From Cyanophora paradoxa CCMP329 (Eukaryota; Plantae; Glaucophyta): 64,000 nucleotides of DNA. The stretch is from the NCBI GenBank assembly GCA_004431415.1, contig QPMI01000413.1:1-64000 (forward strand), given 5' to 3'. The translations under genes were made by a program, and so were the position numbers. Shown in pieces: positions 61,601 through 64,000 of this stretch. The notes under the pieces are model-generated. The model saw nothing but the letters and a program-made list of their open reading frames with translations. It searched no databases and was not told the origin of the DNA. Positions within the stretch are counted from its first letter, which is position 1; every line of letters begins with the position of its first letter.

Positions 61601-62415
61601 ATGTGAACATGGTCTGTTCTCAGTGCCTGTTTCTCTGTGGTAAAAGCCGGAATTTCTTCTGCAAATGATATAGTCGTTTTATCAAGTGCTAAGGATCTCA
61701 CATTCGGAGCATTGGCGCCAATTATATCCACAACGTCCCCATTTTCGACAATTTCTAAGGTCGGTTTCGCGGGGTCTAATGTGAAAACGCCCTCTGTTAT
61801 CTGGGGAACCGATTCGCTCTTCTGAATCACAAAGGATTCGATGTTTAGGTTACAGGTTGCGACATTGGTGGCGAAAAACGACTCGGAGTTAAGCGAGTTT
61901 ACGTTCAGGGTATCCGTAGTGATGTTACTTGCTGTAATATTACTCGTCGTAAGATTACCTGCTGAGAGATCATGGACGACCTCTACCTTTGTTTTCCGTG
62001 TGGATACTCCCGCTATAAGTGTGCTATTATCCACGATTCTCATAGCTGCATTTTGGAAACCGCTCTCATCTTGAATGAAGAAGTTTAAGCGACCTCTATC
62101 GAATGCTTTCGGGATGTTCCTACGATTATATCGCACCGTTTTCGGTAGCTGGCGGGTTGCCTGAATGCTGGCGACTCTGTTTCGTTCGTTATCATCAAGT
62201 AAAAAGTCGATTCCAAGTTTATGATCCCCTTTCTCGACGTTCATTAACTGCAAAGCTGCGGGTCTGCTCGGTGTTCCACTGACTGGATCTTCGCGGTCTG
62301 CATTGAAGTTTATTTTCAGAGACCCGCGAATTTCAGTGTTTACCTGATCAGTGTCCTCTATCTGAGTGGTCGAATTAATAACTCGTGCGTCTGGTCGCGG
62401 ATTCAGGAACGACAT
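58691..62415 (-). CDS. Giant fibre/spike protein, ~1241 aa with a C-terminal TM helix if the homopolymer frameshift at 59077-59079 is corrected (otherwise 1121 aa + 119 aa)
   Basis: Likely start MSFLNPRP at 62415. Coiled coil THTTEIAALQSEINAL, phage fibre motifs IYPATDNTYRVG..RW and FDLGANSLRWNTVY, H-lectin/gp53-like modules, P/N/D stalk, then TLVLMILLPILGALGLVLAY-KFRALCCAC. Confidence 0.8.
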
Positions 62416-62458
62416 CCTCTTTATAAACAAAGAAGATATATAAGAAGTATATAAGATA

Positions 62459-63952
62459 ATGAAGACCGTTTTATGTCTGAGTGGTGGAGGGTCGCGTGGA
62501 ATAATCGAGGCTGCTATACTGGCACAGATTGAAGCCCAAACCGGTAAACGAATCCAACAGCTATTCGACTGCTTTGCGGGAACATCCACAGGTGGATTAA
62601 TCGCGCTCCTATTGAATATCAAGGGAACCGATGGCGCCCCTAAATATACTGCCACTGATATTCTGGCGCTCTACAAAGCGAAACTACCGCTGATTTTCGC
62701 GAATCCACGAGTGCTTACATCGATTGTGCAACGCCCCAAGTATGAAGCAACTAACTTAGAAGCTGTGGCTCTGGAACTCTGCGGCTCAGCGACCATGGCG
62801 GATCTCTACAAACCCACCATAGTAACTGCGTTCGACACGGTCTTAATGTCCCCCGTTTTTATTTCAAGCAACGATGAAGATATTAATGGGATGCTTGTGC
62901 GCGATGCTGCAAGGGCTACCTCGGCTGCTCCGACCTATTTCGAGCCGAAACAAGTCACAGTCGCCGGAAGAACATATTGTTTAATCGATGGTTGCATGAG
63001 TGGAAATAATTCGCCCGGGGTTTGCGGCTACACATTTGCCCGCACTTTATTCGGAAACTCTTGCGAGGAGGAGCTTATCGTGGTCTCGATTACGGCGGGT
63101 CACGTCCAAGACGCCGATAAAGCAACCGCGGGATATTCGTATGACACCATGAAAAATTGGGGGATCGTGCAATGGATGCTAAGCGCCACAGGATCGCCAA
63201 TTCTCAGCATGTTCTTAGAGTCGAGCGATCTAAACGCCCACGTAAAGCTACTGGAACTTTTACCCAGAAACGATGATCAGAATTACGATCGCTACTATAA
63301 GCTGAGCGTTCCTTTACCGAAAGATAAAATGACCCTCGATACAATCACAACGACGCACCTGCAATATTTGGAAACGGAAGCGCTCGCCTTTGTTTCCGCA
63401 CAGCAAACGTATTTTAATGCGATGTATTCAGTGCTGACGATGAATATCTCAGAGGGCGATGTTCCCATAATTAATCTGTCCGGGTGCACAGATGTAAGCG
63501 CACCCCCGGAGTCTAACTGGGTGCCGCTCGATAATAGCGCCTTTATTGCGGAATTTGGCACAGCTTCTGATGCCCGCTGGTCAAATGCTACGGGGTGGGT
63601 GGGATTTACCAACCCGCCGCAAGGTAGTAGGTCGGGAGGCAATTATTTACGCATTGATTTTCCGCGTCTGTTTATGCTTTCCTCTATAAAAATGAAGCCG
63701 GCTGCAAATGGAAACTACATTAAAACGTTTGAGATCGATTACCAATTAACTCCGGGAGTGTCGGCACTTGTCACATACACAGAAGCCGGCGCGACGAGAG
63801 TGTTTACAAATGCAAATCAAATAGCCGGAAGTGCTGATCCCGACGAACATTTCTTAGCAAACCCGAGATCTGTGAGAACCCTCGTAATCTGGGTGCTCTC
63901 GACGAACGTAGCTTCGGCATGCCGAATAGATTTCGAGGGCTACTACGTGTGA
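62459..63952 (+). CDS. Patatin-like phospholipase fused to a C-terminal F5/8 type C (discoidin) domain
   Basis: LSGGGSRG, GTSTG nucleophile elbow, ARATSAAPTYF, catalytic IDGC. C-terminal YLRIDF....LSSIKM...YIKTFEIDY...RTLVIW...CRIDFEG. Confidence 0.9.
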   Translation: MKTVLCLSGGGSRGIIEAAILAQIEAQTGKRIQQLFDCFAGTSTGGLIALLLNIKGTDGAPKYTATDILALYKAKLPLIFANPRVLTSIVQRPKYEATNLEAVALELCGSATMADLYKPTIVTAFDTVLMSPVFISSNDEDINGMLVRDAARATSAAPTYFEPKQVTVAGRTYCLIDGCMSGNNSPGVCGYTFARTLFGNSCEEELIVVSITAGHVQDADKATAGYSYDTMKNWGIVQWMLSATGSPILSMFLESSDLNAHVKLLELLPRNDDQNYDRYYKLSVPLPKDKMTLDTITTTHLQYLETEALAFVSAQQTYFNAMYSVLTMNISEGDVPIINLSGCTDVSAPPESNWVPLDNSAFIAEFGTASDARWSNATGWVGFTNPPQGSRSGGNYLRIDFPRLFMLSSIKMKPAANGNYIKTFEIDYQLTPGVSALVTYTEAGATRVFTNANQIAGSADPDEHFLANPRSVRTLVIWVLSTNVASACRIDFEGYYV

Positions 63953-64000
63953 ACAGCGCTTAGTCGGTAATCACTTCCAGCTGGAACGAGAATGAGAGAC

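Larger units (their letters stand above)
54020..64000. mobile_element. Probable second viral element (terminus plus fibre cassette) nested in the helicase gene; continues past the window
   Basis: Interrupts the helicase ORF, starts with ACACA as 43611 does, then has ~630 bp of non-coding iteron and tandem-repeat DNA followed by minus-strand fibre genes. Confidence 0.6.

Noticed and set aside
62416-62655. N-terminal extension of the 1201-aa track ORF
   Set aside because: It is the antisense of the patatin 5' end; the ATG at 62415 after an AT-rich gap is the plausible start.
43611-64000. Bacterial prophage or contaminant
   Set aside because: The core genes are PLV-type (DJR capsid, pentons, A32 ATPase), there are no terminase, portal or Shine-Dalgarno patterns, and the junction to a host repeat is precise.

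Overview
Eukaryotic DNA, probably from a protist or alga (GC-rich, short ~57-80-nt GT-AG introns, an RWP-RK gene), in three zones. (1) 1-26.9 kb is a complex, modular macrosatellite with ~1.4-kb units and conserved GNA-triloop hairpins. It interrupts a spliced Helitron-type Rep-helicase gene: the PIF1 C-terminal half lies at ~18.2-19.8 kb, the DUF6570/Rep N-terminal part at ~26.9-28.1 kb, and the catalytic middle is missing. (2) 28-43.6 kb is very GC-rich host or TE-derived DNA with an RWP-RK gene and a duplicated unit containing a 40-bp minisatellite. (3) From 43,611 there is an abrupt switch to AT-rich, intron-less, gene-dense DNA: an endogenous Polinton-like virus (PLV). It carries a terminal inverted repeat, mirror-symmetric iterons, two divergent penton genes, a double-jelly-roll MCP, a DUF723/PD-(D/E)XK endonuclease, an A32-type packaging ATPase and a PolA-like (TVpol) primase-helicase. 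The helicase gene is cut at ~54,020 by what looks like the terminus of a second viral element. That element carries a phage-like fibre cassette (two C1q fibres with a small partner gene, an HTH-repeat/H-lectin fibre, and a ~1240-aa fibre that appears to end in a membrane anchor) plus a patatin-discoidin fusion. Four frameshifts in viral genes are single-base losses in homopolymers and are probably assembly errors. All family assignments come from motif recognition by eye; no searches were run.
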